Positions 14,215 through 27,149 of a stretch of 64,000 nucleotides of DNA are shown here, in pieces. The notes under the pieces were generated by a model. It was not told the origin of the DNA. It did not search any database and worked only from the letters and a program-made list of their open reading frames with translations. This DNA is from Octopus sinensis. Lineage: Eukaryota. The stretch is from positions 101,928,001-101,992,000 of the forward strand of contig NC_043005.1 in NCBI RefSeq assembly GCF_006345805.1, read 5' to 3'. A program made the translations under genes and the position numbers. Numbering within the stretch: position 1 is the first letter of the stretch; each line of letters begins with the position of its first letter.

Positions 14215-14404
14215 ATGTATATATATATATATATATATATGCATATATGTATATATTATATATATTATATATATTAATATATATATATATATAGATATAT
14301 ATATATACATATATATATACCCACATAGATTCATACACACATTTATTCATTCAGTCTTATATACATACATGCATGCATACATACAAAAATTATACATACA
14401 TAAT

Positions 14405-14467
<63 letters not shown>

Positions 14468-14472
14468 ATGTA

Positions 14473-14519
<47 letters not shown>

Positions 14520-15003
14520 TATATATATAAAGATACCCACATAGATTCATACACACGCATTTATTCATTCAGTCTTACATACATTCATGCATACATACAA
14601 AAGTACACGCATACATATATACACTCATACATTCATTCATACACACATATATGCATACATACATGCACACATGCATGAATGCATGCATACATGTATCATA
14701 CATATATGCATACATTGCAAAATAGATACATAGTCATACATTTAAATGCACGAACATTATGTGTGTAAGTATATGTACGAATATATGCGTATATATGTAT
14801 CTGTTTATGCTATTTTAGTCCTAAGCATTTGCGTTTCCATGAAATAAACATACACAAATATACACAAACATACTCACACATATACACACACACTCATGGC
14901 TGAAAATGAGGAGAATAACACACGGATCTGTTTGGAGACGTTCGACATACGCATATGAGACAGATAGATAGAGGGACAGAGAGAAAGAGAGAGAAAGAGG
15001 GAG

Positions 15004-15040
<37 letters not shown>

Positions 15041-15320
15041 AAAGAGATCAGAAACGGACAGAATGCGACAGTAAACCATAGAGAATGTGTGTGAGAGTGA
15101 CAAGAGAACAGACATACAAGCAGCAGAGAAATTGACACACAAGCCTATATATATATATATATATATATACACATTAAATGAAATTAGAAAGATAGGTATA
15201 TAGATTGATAGACAGAAAGAAAGAAAGAAAAAATAGACAGATAATATTTATACATACATATATATATATATAATATAGGGATTGATAGACGAATATATAT
15301 ATATATATATATACATATGT

Positions 15321-16116
15321 CTCCGCAGGCACCTCGCTCTTGGAACCGACAAGACCTCCCGCCCGTTCCTGGGACCGTCGCGTGTCGTTGGGTCTTCCCA
15401 CGCCCGCCTCCGCGGGACCACTCTTCCATCTTCCCCTCAGCTGGAGTCCTTTTTCCTTAACCCCCCCTTTTTTCGTTACACACACGCGCACACATATACA
15501 CACATTGCTTAAATATATACATTACTCTTACACACATTCAATCTACTCGCCATTTATACCACCACGACACTGGACACACACACACACTACTACTCAACAC
15601 ACGCTGGAACGCTACATACCCCTTCCCCTCCCTCCCTTCCTCCTTCCTTCTTTTTCTTACTACTGACCTTTGTCTGCTAAGCTGACCACTATCTCGCCCT
15701 ACCTCACCACGCCTACACACAGACGCACACACTAACACACACATATATTTTTTTGTTTTTTCATCTCGCCTAACACACACATACACACACGCACACGCAC
15801 ACACTCACACATACACACACATCTGTTGCGTTACCAACCTTGTCTCCACTCTTTTGCCTTTAAAAACCCCACTTGCTCTGTTTTCGTAAACATCCGCCTT
15901 TCATCATGTGCAACTCGTAAACACCAGTCGTCTTTTTTCTCTTTCCCTGTTGCCCGCTCTGGGATCTTCTTTCCTCTCTCTTCTTCTTTATGTTCCGACG
16001 AAGAGCTCCGCTCGAAACGTCATACCTCCCTGCTTCCTTTTCCTGAGCGCCTATTAATAATAATACTGTAATTGTTCCATTGTTGTTGTTTTTTTTGTTT
16101 CCCGTTTGGATTAAAA
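15321..16116 (+). repeat. PLE 5' pseudo-LTR
   Basis: Near-identical to 21612-22416. Begins ctccgcaggcacctcgctc and ends cccgtttggattaaaa. Confidence 0.92.
15995..16022 (+). ncRNA. Minimal hammerhead-like motif in pLTR (U4C core, extra A after A9)
   Basis: CCGACGA-A-GAGC-tcc-GCTC-GAA-ACGT-C: palindromic ACGU stem III, weak stem I. Confidence 0.55.
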
Positions 16117-16337
16117 TTATACCACTGCGCGCCTACACGGACCCCTTGTACCTCGGATACCAACACTCCCGGATTTTTTGCACCTACAGATTATGTTACC
16201 ATTCTTCCTGACCTACGGATCACCCGCAACCTTCTTCCGGAGTACCACATTACCGTGATTGAAAATCATTACCTAATCTGTCCGTTGACTCTCAAATCTC
16301 TTTCCTGACTTTTTTCAACTTTTTTCAACTTTTTCTA

Positions 16338-19305
16338 TTGTTTTCAAACCGTCTTCACCCGTTTTCTTCTTTCGTTGTTTTCCTGTTGTCTCTCCTTTTT
16401 CCTGTTTCGCCACCACCCACCTTTACCTGTTTGCCACCACTTCTCATCATGCCTGACTTGCACTCGTTCGTCCAACACCTTCAATCCCTCCTCAGCCGCT
16501 ACCTCGCGTTCTTTCCCCCACAATGTTCCGCACCTGCTATAAAACTTTCCCGCTTGCTTTTTAAGAAAACCCGCCACTCGAGTCATCTTTCCTTACTTAG
16601 CCGGTGCCTCCGCCATCATCTCACACCCCGCGGGTTCCTCTTGAAGTTCCACGCTACCCCCTATTCCTCCCCCTTCATCGAACCCACCCTCGCTCGTACC
16701 TCCCGCTCCCTCCTCCGCACCACCATCCGCTCCACCCGCCCCCTCCTTGACTCCCTCGACCATCAACTTCCCCAGGCCTACCTCCTTCTCTCCGCCCTCT
16801 GCCCTCCACTCTTCACCCAACCTATCCTCCGCTTCATTCTTAATCTCAACCACCAACTCTACAACCACCTCACACACACAAAAAACAAAAAACTCCACCT
16901 CCTCCTCAACCCCTCCCCTCACCCCTTCCCATACTCCCCCACTGTCCCCCCCCTCCTTCGCACCTACCCCACCCTTCCACGGACCCCCCCCCCCCGTGAC
17001 CTTCCTACGCCTAACCCATCTTCACCCAACCACCCCTACCCTCCCCTTCACACCCCTGCACCCCCTCCGCCTGCCCAGTCCTCCCACCACCCCCCTTCCT
17101 CCTCGCGCTGTTGTCACTATACCCCACCTCCCCCTCTCCCCCTCCGCCGCTGAGCGCTCCCTCCTCAGTAAGGTCTCCGCTTCACGCCACTCACGCGCCA
17201 CTGTGATGAGTTCGAGACTCGGGCGGACGTCAACCTGTTCCTGCGCCTCGCGCTCAAACTTCGCGCATACTACCTCGCGTCCCCGCAGCGTCACAACAAT
17301 CAGGATTGCCTTTTGGAGGCTGGGCGTCGTCCATCCATCTGACGCCGCCCCCAGGCCTTTTCAGTAGCCTAGATTCGTTTGTATTGACTGCAACGCTTTG
17401 GTCCACCGTTTCAACTTTGCACCAAGACCCCGCCGAGCCAACCTCACTCGGGCCGAATCCATTGCCCTTCGCCACCTCCGCCGTCGTGATGACATTGTCA
17501 TCAAACCGGCGGACAAAGGCGGGGCAGTGGTAGTGTGGCGCGCGGACCTATACAGGGAGGAAGCGCTCAACCAGCTTCAAAATCCACTCTTCTATCGCCT
17601 CCTCCCCTCCGATCCCACCTCCTCCTACCACAGCGAGTGTCCTCCACCATCCACGACCTCATCTCCTCCTCCGCTCTCCCCCTCCCACCGCCACCAACCT
17701 CATCGTCCGCACACCCCGCACCTCCACCATCTACTTCCTTCCCAAGATCCATAAACCCTCTAATCCTGGCCGTCCCATAGTCTCTGCCTGTAATTGCCCC
17801 ACTGAACTCATCTCCCTATACCTCGACCGCATCCTGTTCCCCTTAGTCGCAGCCCTCCCATCCCACATACACGACACCAACCACGCCCTCCGTCTCTTCA
17901 ATTCCTTTTCTTCCTTCCCTCCACCCCTCACACCTCCTCTTCACTTTAGATGTAAAATCCCTGTACACAGTGATTCCCCACAATGACGGTCTCCTAGCCT
18001 TCCAACACTTCCTCGACCGTCGTCCCGACCCCACCCCAGCACCCCCACCCTTCTCCGGTTGGCTGAGCTCGTCCTCACCCTCAATTGCTTCACGTTCGCC
18101 GGGGAAACGTACCAATAGGTGTCCGGGGTCGCGATGGAACTAGGATGGGCCCCAATTTCGCCAATCTCTTTCTTGGCTACATTGAGGCCCAAGTGTTCTC
18201 CCAGTTCTCTGGGCCGACCCCCGAACTATACGGTCGCTATATCGACGACTGCGTAGGTGCCACCTCCTCGCTTTCCCGTGAACTTCTCTGCCAATTCATC
18301 TCTTTCCTTTCCAACTTTCACCCCTCTCTTCAATTCACCTCCACCATCTCCAACACCTCTGTCAACTTCCTTGACATCTCTCTCATCGATCACCCCCCTC
18401 CAGCTCTCTCACCACCACCCGCCTTTTTTAAACCTACGGATTCCCCCTCTATCTCAACTTCTCTTCCTCCCACCCCTTCCACACCAAACGAGCCATCCCC
18501 TACTCCCAGTTCCTCCGCCTCCGACGTTTGTGCAGCCGCGACCAGGATTTCGAGACCCAATCTCAATACCTGGCCCGCATGTTCAGACTCCGAGGTTACC
18601 CACCCATACTCCTCTCTGATGCCCTCACCCGCGCCCGTCGCATCGACCGCACTAACTACCGCCCTGTCTCCTTCCCCCCCGCCCACCCCCAACCGCCACC
18701 CCTTCCCCCTCCTTTTCCACCCCTCTACCCTACCCCTTCGTCGCAAGATACTACGTGCCTTCCGTCGCCTCCAGCTTGATCCCACCACCCGCCCATTTTC
18801 CCTAACCTACCCCTGTCCTCTTTCAAACGAGCCCGCAATCTGCGTGACCTCCTGGTCCACAGCACCCTCTCTCCTTCCCCCTCAGCCCCACACGGATCAT
18901 TCCCTTGCTCTAGATCCCGTTGCAACACTTGCCCCTTCATCACCAACACACCGCTGTCACCGGCTCCAACCTGCACACTGTACGCATTAGGCACTCTTTA
19001 CGTGCACCTCGTCTGGCCTTATTTACTGCATTAAATGCAACCTATGCGGGATGCTGTATGTAGGACAGACGGGACGCCGGTTGTCCGACCGTTTCACTGA
19101 ACACTTGAGGGACGTTCGCCTACACTCTCTTTCTCCCGTCGCACGCCACTTCCGCTCGGCCGGCCATTCCCTAGATGACATCTCAGTGTTTGGTCTCGCC
19201 CCCCACCATGGTCGCCCACTTTCCAGGCTCCACTTGGAGCAACGCTACATCTTCACCCTACAAACTACCACACCACACGGACTTAACACGGCCCCCTCCT
19301 CTTGA
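16338..19305 (+). pseudogene. Disrupted PLE polyprotein: N-terminal domain, reverse transcriptase, Cys-rich linker, GIY-YIG endonuclease
   Basis: Motifs across frames: DIVIKPADKGGAVVVW, YFLPKIHKP..PGRPIVSACNCPTE, LDVKSLYTVIP, GVAM(G)TRMGPNFANLFLGYIE, YGRYIDDC, IPYSQFLRLRRLCS, PCSRSRCNTCP, LIYCIKCNLCGMLYVGQTGRRLSDRFTEH, EQRYIFTLQTTTPHGLN. Many frameshifts, mostly in C-runs, plus in-frame TAG stops. Confidence 0.92.
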
Positions 19306-19339
19306 GATCCGTTTTTTTTTTTTTTTTTTTGTGGACACA

Positions 19340-21560
19340 CCACCCACACCCCCACCCACCTACCTCCCACACGCACCCACCCACCCACCTACCTCCCACA
19401 CCCACCCCCCACCTACCTACCTCCCACACGCCTGTTCACACACACACATACGTAGACCCATCTACGTACATACATTCACACATTTAATCACACACACTTA
19501 CAGACATACTAACACACACTAACATACAAACCAACATGCACATACACACACAAATACATACATACGCACACACATACATACTTACACACACACACCACAC
19601 AGACATACATGCACACATACACACACATATACATACTACATACATACACACACACTCACACACACACACCGCACGTACATACTTCACACACACACACACA
19701 ACATACATGTAGGCACATACATACATACATACCTACACATGCACACCCTTACACTGACACACACACATACACCTTTTTGCATCCAGGCAGCCCCCCCCTC
19801 TTTTCTGCTTTCGGTTTCGGTTTGGTGATGGATTCGGTTCCCGCGTAGCGGGGCGTTCGAGGGCCTTTGGCGCTCGCGCGCGCTTGCTGGGGTCTTGGTC
19901 GGCCCCTTGGGCTTGCGTTGTACTGCTTGTGCGTTGTGTGCGTGGGCGCGCTTCGTGTGTGGGCTTGCTTCGGATGTGCGCGTGCGTATGTATGCATACA
20001 TACCCACACACTCGCATGCATCCCTACCCACATACATACACGCACACCTACTCACACAACACATACACAACACATACCTGCACACACACACAACATACAT
20101 ACATACACATACATACCTACTTCAGACATACACACACACACAACATACACCCATACACTCACACTCACACTCCACACACACACGCATACACACACACACA
20201 CACGCACCGTACACACACACACACACACACACTACATACATACATTACACTTGTATACACACACACTTACATTCATACACACACACACCTACACAGCCAA
20301 TACCCTCACTCAGACACACACATCTACCTACACACACACATCATCACCTACACACACACACAAACACACACACGACACACCCATACATACATACACACAT
20401 CTACACACACACACGCCTACACACATACATACACACATACATAAATAACACACACATACACATATACATACACACATACGCACACACACATACTTATACA
20501 CATGCACACACACACATACATACAACACACACACATACCCACATACTCCTATACGCACATACATACACACAGACATACACATACATACACACTCACACAA
20601 ACATACCACACACACACATACTTACACACACACACACTTGCACACACACACACTCACACAACAACCCACCACCTGCACCCAACACCACACCACATACACA
20701 CACACACTAACACACACACGCACACACACACCACACACCCACACACCACCACACACCTACACTCACACACATACACACGCACCTACATACACACACGCAC
20801 GCATACACACGCATACCCACATACATTATACACGTACACACACACCTACATACACATGCATACACACACACACACACAAACATGCACGGACACACCCAGA
20901 CATACACACATACACCTATATACACACACGCCCACCACCTACATACACACACATATACACACGCCCACACACCTACATACACACACATACATACACACAC
21001 ATACACGGACACACCCATACATACTTACATACATACACCTATACACACACGCCTACACCTACATACACACACATGCATACACCACACACATGTACGCACA
21101 CACACACACATATACGCACATACATATATACCCACACACATGCATACACACACACACACATACGCACATGCATGTATGCATGCATGCACACGCGCACACT
21201 ACACGCACACACACACACACACGCACGTACACATACATACATACACACACGCATACATACACCCATACACATACATGCATCCTACATACACATACATACA
21301 CACTCACACATACATACACACACACACACTCACTCACACACCTGTATGTACGCGCACACACATGCACATACACACACTTCCCCACACCCACACGTACATA
21401 CATACACACTCACACACATACACACACACACACACACGGACATACATCTATGCACACACATACATACACACATACTCACATACATTCATCGGACACACTG
21501 CCACCCGGACATACACACAGACACACTCACACATCCACACACATACATACTTAGGCACAT
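19340..21560. repeat. Long degenerate (CA)-rich tract within the PLE 3' UTR
   Basis: Mixed CACA/CATA/ACAC runs, interrupted at ~19790-19995. Confidence 0.9.
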
Positions 21561-21611
21561 ACTCGCAGGCTCGCGCACGCACGCGCTTGCGCCGGTCCGC
21601 GTACGCATACG

Positions 21612-22416
21612 CTCCGCAGGCACCTCGCTCTTCGAACCGACAAGACCTCCCGCCCGTTCCTGGGACCGTCGCGTGTCGTTGGGTTTTCCCACGCCCGCCT
21701 CCGCGGGACCACTCTTCCATCTTCCCCTCAGCTGGAGTCCTTTTTCCTTAACCCCCCCCCCTTTTTTCGTTACACACACGCGCACACATATACACACATT
21801 GCTTAAATATATACATTACTCTTACACACATTCAATCTACTCGCCATTTATCACCACGACACTGGACACACACACACACTACTACTCAACACACGCTGGC
21901 ACGCTACATACGCCCCCACCCTTCCCCTCCCTCCCTTCCTCCTTCCTTCTTTTTCTTACTACTGACCTTTGTCTGCTAAGCTGACCACTATCTCGCCCTA
22001 CCTCACACGCCTACACACAGACGCACACACTAACACACACATATATATTTTTTTGTTTTTTCATCTCGCCTCACACACACACATACACACACGCACACGC
22101 ACACACTCACACATACACACACATCTGTTGCGTTACCAACCTTGTCTCCACTCTTTTGCCTTTAAAAACCCACTTTGCTCTGTTTTCGTAAACATCCGCC
22201 TTTCACCATGTGCAACTCGTAAACACCAGTCGTCTTTTTTCTCTTTCCCTGTTGCCCGCTCTGATCTTTCTTTCCTCTCTCTTCCTTCTTTATGTCCGAC
22301 GAAGAGCTCCGCTCGAAACGTCATACCTCCCTGCTTCCTTTTCCTGAGCGCCTATTAATAATAATACTGTAATTGTTCCATTGTTGTTGTTTTTTTGTTT
22401 CCCGTTTGGATTAAAA
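21612..22416 (+). repeat. PLE 3' pseudo-LTR
   Basis: Direct repeat of 15321-16116, followed by (TA)n(GA)n. Confidence 0.92.
22296..22323 (+). ncRNA. Minimal hammerhead-like motif in 3' pLTR
   Basis: Identical core ccgacgaagagctccgctcgaaacgtca. Confidence 0.55.
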
Positions 22417-22463
<47 letters not shown>

Positions 22464-22656
22464 TTTATATATATAAGGAAAAGATCGGTATTTAAATTAC
22501 CGATAATATGAAAGTGGCTAGCATGGAAATAAAGAACCTCATAGGTAATAATTTTTTATTAAAACGATAATTAAGGGTATCTAAAATACCCATGATGCTA
22601 GATATAGCAGTCAAAACATGACTCTAAAACCACATCAAATACTGATACAGCACCAC

Positions 22657-22701
<45 letters not shown>

Positions 22702-22976
22702 CTGTATGTGTGTGTGTGTGTGTTGTGTGTGTGTGTGTGTATGTGTGTGTATAGAGATAGAGCGAGTGATATAGGTAATTACGTATATATAATACATAGA
22801 TAGAAAGATAGATAAATAGAGATAGATAGACAGACAGCCAGACTTGTTTATTGTCAAGAATAACTTCTAAATACAATCCAGAAAAAAAAGTGTGTGCGGA
22901 AAATTTTCGAGATGTGCAAGACTCGAGACGGTACAAATGTTATACACTTTTATTTATCTATCAGCTAATCTATCTG

Positions 22977-23030
<54 letters not shown>

Positions 23031-23050
23031 AATCTATCTATCTATCTTTC

Positions 23051-23106
<56 letters not shown>

Positions 23107-23134
23107 CCTATCTCTCTCTCTCTCTATCTATCTA

Positions 23135-23175
<41 letters not shown>

Positions 23176-23837
23176 ATTCACATGTCTGTCTGTCTGTTTG
23201 TCTGTATACATGTCTATCTGTCTGTTTTTCTGTCTACCTGTCTATCTATCGCTATCGATCGATCTATTTATCTGCCTCTCTATCTTCCTGTCTACCTGTC
23301 TTCCTGTCTGTCTGTCAGTCTGTCTGTCTGACTACCGGTGTGCATGTATATGCATGCATATCCAGTGTGTAACAAGGCGTAATACGGGTATATTAGATAA
23401 AGAGGGGATTATTTCTCGGGATAGTCCAGATTCTTAAAATCCAGCATCCTTATCAAGGTAAGAGTAATCCTGTGGAACAAAAGTTTGCTTATAATAGATA
23501 TATAGCTCAATAGTGCCATGAATATTAGTAATGATGGGGAGGCACTCATCAATGACATTGTGTGTGTGTGTGTGTGTGTGTGTGAGTATACACTTACACA
23601 CACACACACATATATACGTAGTATTCGTGTGTCTGTGTGTGGGGCTAAAAGTATAAAGAAACAATGATAATGTGCATTAGGTATCAAAGTAATGCCATTT
23701 TTTTATAAAAACAAAGATATATACATACAAATAAATTATTTGACGTAGAATTAAGAAATATAAAAAAATCATTATTATGACTAATATAGAAAGCCACACA
23801 GGTTTCGTCATCGCTGTTCCCTATAAATATTTATATA

Positions 23838-23884
<47 letters not shown>

Positions 23885-24044
23885 TATTATATATTTTGTG
23901 AAATAGAAAGATGAATAATCTTGTTGCAGATTAATCAAAAGTTTAACCGATACCTTGGTAGCAAAAATCACAGCAGAAGACAGCACGGTTGGAGGTACAA
24001 CCATATGGTGTTGCAACCATGCGTTGGTGCGGATAATTGAATTT

Positions 24045-24256
24045 TAATATTATTAGTGAATTGAAGAAATGGAGTTGAACGAAGATTGAACAGAAATCGT
24101 TTTATTGCATTCTACACGTGTTTCGAAAGCCACAATTTACCAAAATTCAATCGGAATTTGGTAAATTGTGGCTTTCGAAACACGTGTAGAATGCAATAAA
24201 ACGATTTCTGTTCAATCTTCGTTCAACTCCATTTCTTCAATTCACTAATAATATTA
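24045..24256. repeat. ~212-bp near-perfect palindrome
   Basis: ~103-bp arms around a 5-nt loop (aatcg). The right arm carries GAA-ACACGTGT-A-GAATGC, the 3' half of an HHR-like motif. Confidence 0.92.
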
Positions 24257-24257
24257 T

Positions 24258-24300
<43 letters not shown>

Positions 24301-24303
24301 GTG

Positions 24304-24340
<37 letters not shown>

Positions 24341-24351
24341 TATATATATAT

Positions 24352-24395
<44 letters not shown>

Positions 24396-25424
24396 TATAT
24401 ATATATATATATTATAATACTTATTTATATTATATAAAACTACTAAGCTTAGTAGTTTTGACTGCAAAAGTCCCTCCTAGCGTGCGGTACCTATGAATAA
24501 TAGTACCCTCTATATAATATAAATAAGTATTTTCAAAGTTGAAAAAATTTACAGATTTTTTCTCTTACGAGGTTTTTCACGCTAACTACTGATAATTTCT
24601 TATAAAGATTTTATCCTATTTTAAAATTTATATATATATATATATAGGAAAGGAAAATTGTACAGATCTGTTTTGCACGCGTGGCTTCTTTGAGTTTAGG
24701 GGTGATATTTGCTGGATTTTCATTAATTCCCCGTCCTCCTCCTCCTCCTCCTCTTTCTCATCATCATCCACATTAAGATTGTTACTGTAATTGCTAGTAT
24801 TATCAAAAGAGACGTTAAGAGCAGTGTGTGTAGAACGTTAGACATAAAACGTCCTACGATATTTACATATGACAACTAATATCATTCTTGTGCAAAATCT
24901 ACTTAGTTTCACAGCAGCAGTAAAATATTACTGACATGATAATTCTATCACCTGTGTCTCTTTTAAACAAACTTTATCGACCCTATGTCAATATAAGGAC
25001 CGGCAATTAAACAGAAAGTAACGTTGTTATGAAGAAATATTCAAATTCCATTAATAAATGAATTTTCACCAAAGAAATTTTGAAAATCCTATTATAGAGT
25101 AAATATTATTTACAAAATACATTTTTAGGGAGAAAAATCAATACACAACATTTTATTTATTATTTTACACAATTTTAGAGAATAACAACGTTCACTTTAT
25201 AAATAGGCAGCCCTGAAGTTGTTTGTAAATCAATGTAAATATAGAAGTCTGTTAAATTTCCTTGTTTCCTCTCTGTACAAGTCTTCAGCATTTTACAATT
25301 TTATAGAGTCTCTGGCATAAGAAGAAATGTAAATGAATCTTATATAGAATGATGTTGCTGTATTTACGCTAAATATTGATTTGTTTCTTTCGAGTAAAAG
25401 AGTATACATTACATTGATTATGAG

Positions 25425-25459
<35 letters not shown>

Positions 25460-26015
25460 GAGTGAGAGAGCAGTTCATGCCATCAAAGTGACATTGGGGT
25501 AAAATATACGAAGCCCAATATACCCATCATGACTACCCGTCTGATAAGGGTACACCAGGCACATGCATCACAACCATATGTGCGCGACATAGTGATCTCA
25601 TATCAAGATAAACAGCACATGACCTTGCAGGTGGGGCCCAGTTAGAATTTTCTTCAGGTTGAGTAGCCCATCCCGCTCAAAAGGTCCCTGAATAAGGGTT
25701 GTTTAAGGATGTTGAAATAACCACACATGTTTCCAGAGGTGAATTATTCAAACCCCAAAGAATTCCTCACAACACATGGCTATGATGCTCCCCCACTACT
25801 TCTGCTCGTATTCAGTGATGCACATATCGTCAGCCACTAAGGGACATGCTCAACTGGTTATGGTCAAACAACTGACAAGCAAATCTGTGGTATTGAGCAG
25901 AATATTTGCTGTAGCCCATCTTTTATACCAAGACAAAACAATGTACATGATGACACTTCCAATCAGTTAAGATCAGAAGCCATGAGAGCCACTGCCTGGT
26001 ACTGCATCAGGGCAT
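25460..26015. mobile_element. 556-bp non-coding element embedded in (TTA)n
   Basis: GC-richer block with (TTA)n immediately on both sides (25426-25459 and 26016 onward). I recall this sequence as a repeat in cephalopod DNA; not verified here. Confidence 0.6.
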
Positions 26016-26036
26016 TTATTATTATTATTATTATTA

Positions 26037-26067
<31 letters not shown>

Positions 26068-26078
26068 CATCATCATCA

Positions 26079-26133
<55 letters not shown>

Positions 26134-26136
26134 CAT

Positions 26137-26175
<39 letters not shown>

Positions 26176-26232
26176 AGTAGTAGTAGTAGTAGTAGTAGTA
26201 TGATTATTATTATTATTATTATTATTATCATT
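26016..26232. repeat. Compound (ATT)n/(ATC)n/(AGT)n trinucleotide microsatellite
   Basis: Direct reading. Confidence 0.95.
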
Positions 26233-26338
26233 ATACAAAAACTGCAGTGCGAAGATGGTTTAGGTAGCTGAAACAAGTCACTGTAAAAAAATATTCTTGT
26301 ATAAGAACAATGAATTTTGTACCATATTAAAGTATATA

Positions 26339-26752
26339 TCAGCTTGTCCGGAAAGTTCGTGACGATTTATAGTAGCTTAACTTTCGACTTATTTTAGAAC
26401 ATGTTTGAGTCCATAAAATAGGATTTGACTACACTTCCATTTAGAGCACAGTTTAAGCTATCTTTTCGTGGAAGAAGATTTATGTTCCTATAACCTGTGT
26501 TAATTCTGTAAACCTTTAAAATGGAAGATAAGAAAGTTCATTCTTGGCACTTGATCCTTTGGGAACCAGACAAAAATTGATGCAACTCATTTGGGATGTG
26601 TTGACACACCCTCCATATTCACCTGATAATGCTCCTCCGGTTTTCCATTTATTCAGGTATCTGCAGAATAGTCTTAAAGTTAAAAATGTCAATTCTTTGG
26701 ATGATGAAAAAGACACCTTGATGGATTCTTTGCCATGAAACCACCTCAATTC
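26339..26752 (+). mobile_element. Truncated mariner derivative (same family)
   Basis: 5' TIR present, same deletion junction, HPPYSPDNAPPVFHLF. 3' end lost at a microsatellite. Confidence 0.85.
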
Positions 26753-27112
26753 TGGTTGTATGCATACATACAACATACATGAATACATAGATATGTACAT
26801 GCTTACGTACGTACGTATATATATATATAAATAATTTACAATATAAGGGCAAAAGAAAAATTCTAATGCCAAATATGCCGAAAAAAAGACAAAAATTGTC
26901 AATTAACCATTATAATTTATGTGTCTCGAAATAAATCGATAGAAATTTCAAAAAAATTCGTTATTACAGTATTGGACCAATATATATATATATATAGTAG
27001 TAGTAACAGAAAAGAGGAATTTCGGTTGTCCCCACGTGGTGGATTGTAATGTATATAAGAAAAATAAAAACGGAAAATACGCACACTTACATGGTTATAG
27101 TATAATTTTTAA

Positions 27113-27149
27113 TGTATCGACCGGTTTCGCAATCGCTATTCATGGTACA
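27113..27149 (-). ncRNA. Minimal type I hammerhead with A3:U8 core (element-sense copy)
   Basis: Minus strand tgtacc atgaata gcgattgc gaa accggt c gataca; one stem I mismatch. Confidence 0.65.

Larger units (their letters stand above)
15321..22416 (+). mobile_element. Penelope-like retroelement (Neptune-like by inference), near full length, with direct pseudo-LTRs
   Basis: ~800-bp direct repeats at 15321-16116 and 21612-22416 flank a GC-rich RT + GIY-YIG coding region and a long CA-rich 3' UTR. Both outer ends abut (TA)n. Confidence 0.93.

Noticed and set aside
18117-18119. In-frame stop in the PLE RT as programmed recoding or selenocysteine
   Set aside because: It is TAG at a position where CAG (Gln) is expected, next to other lesions, and no SECIS-like element was seen. 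Simple mutation or error.
19790-20000. rDNA fragment
   Set aside because: GC-rich, but I see no conserved 18S, 5.8S or 28S motif.
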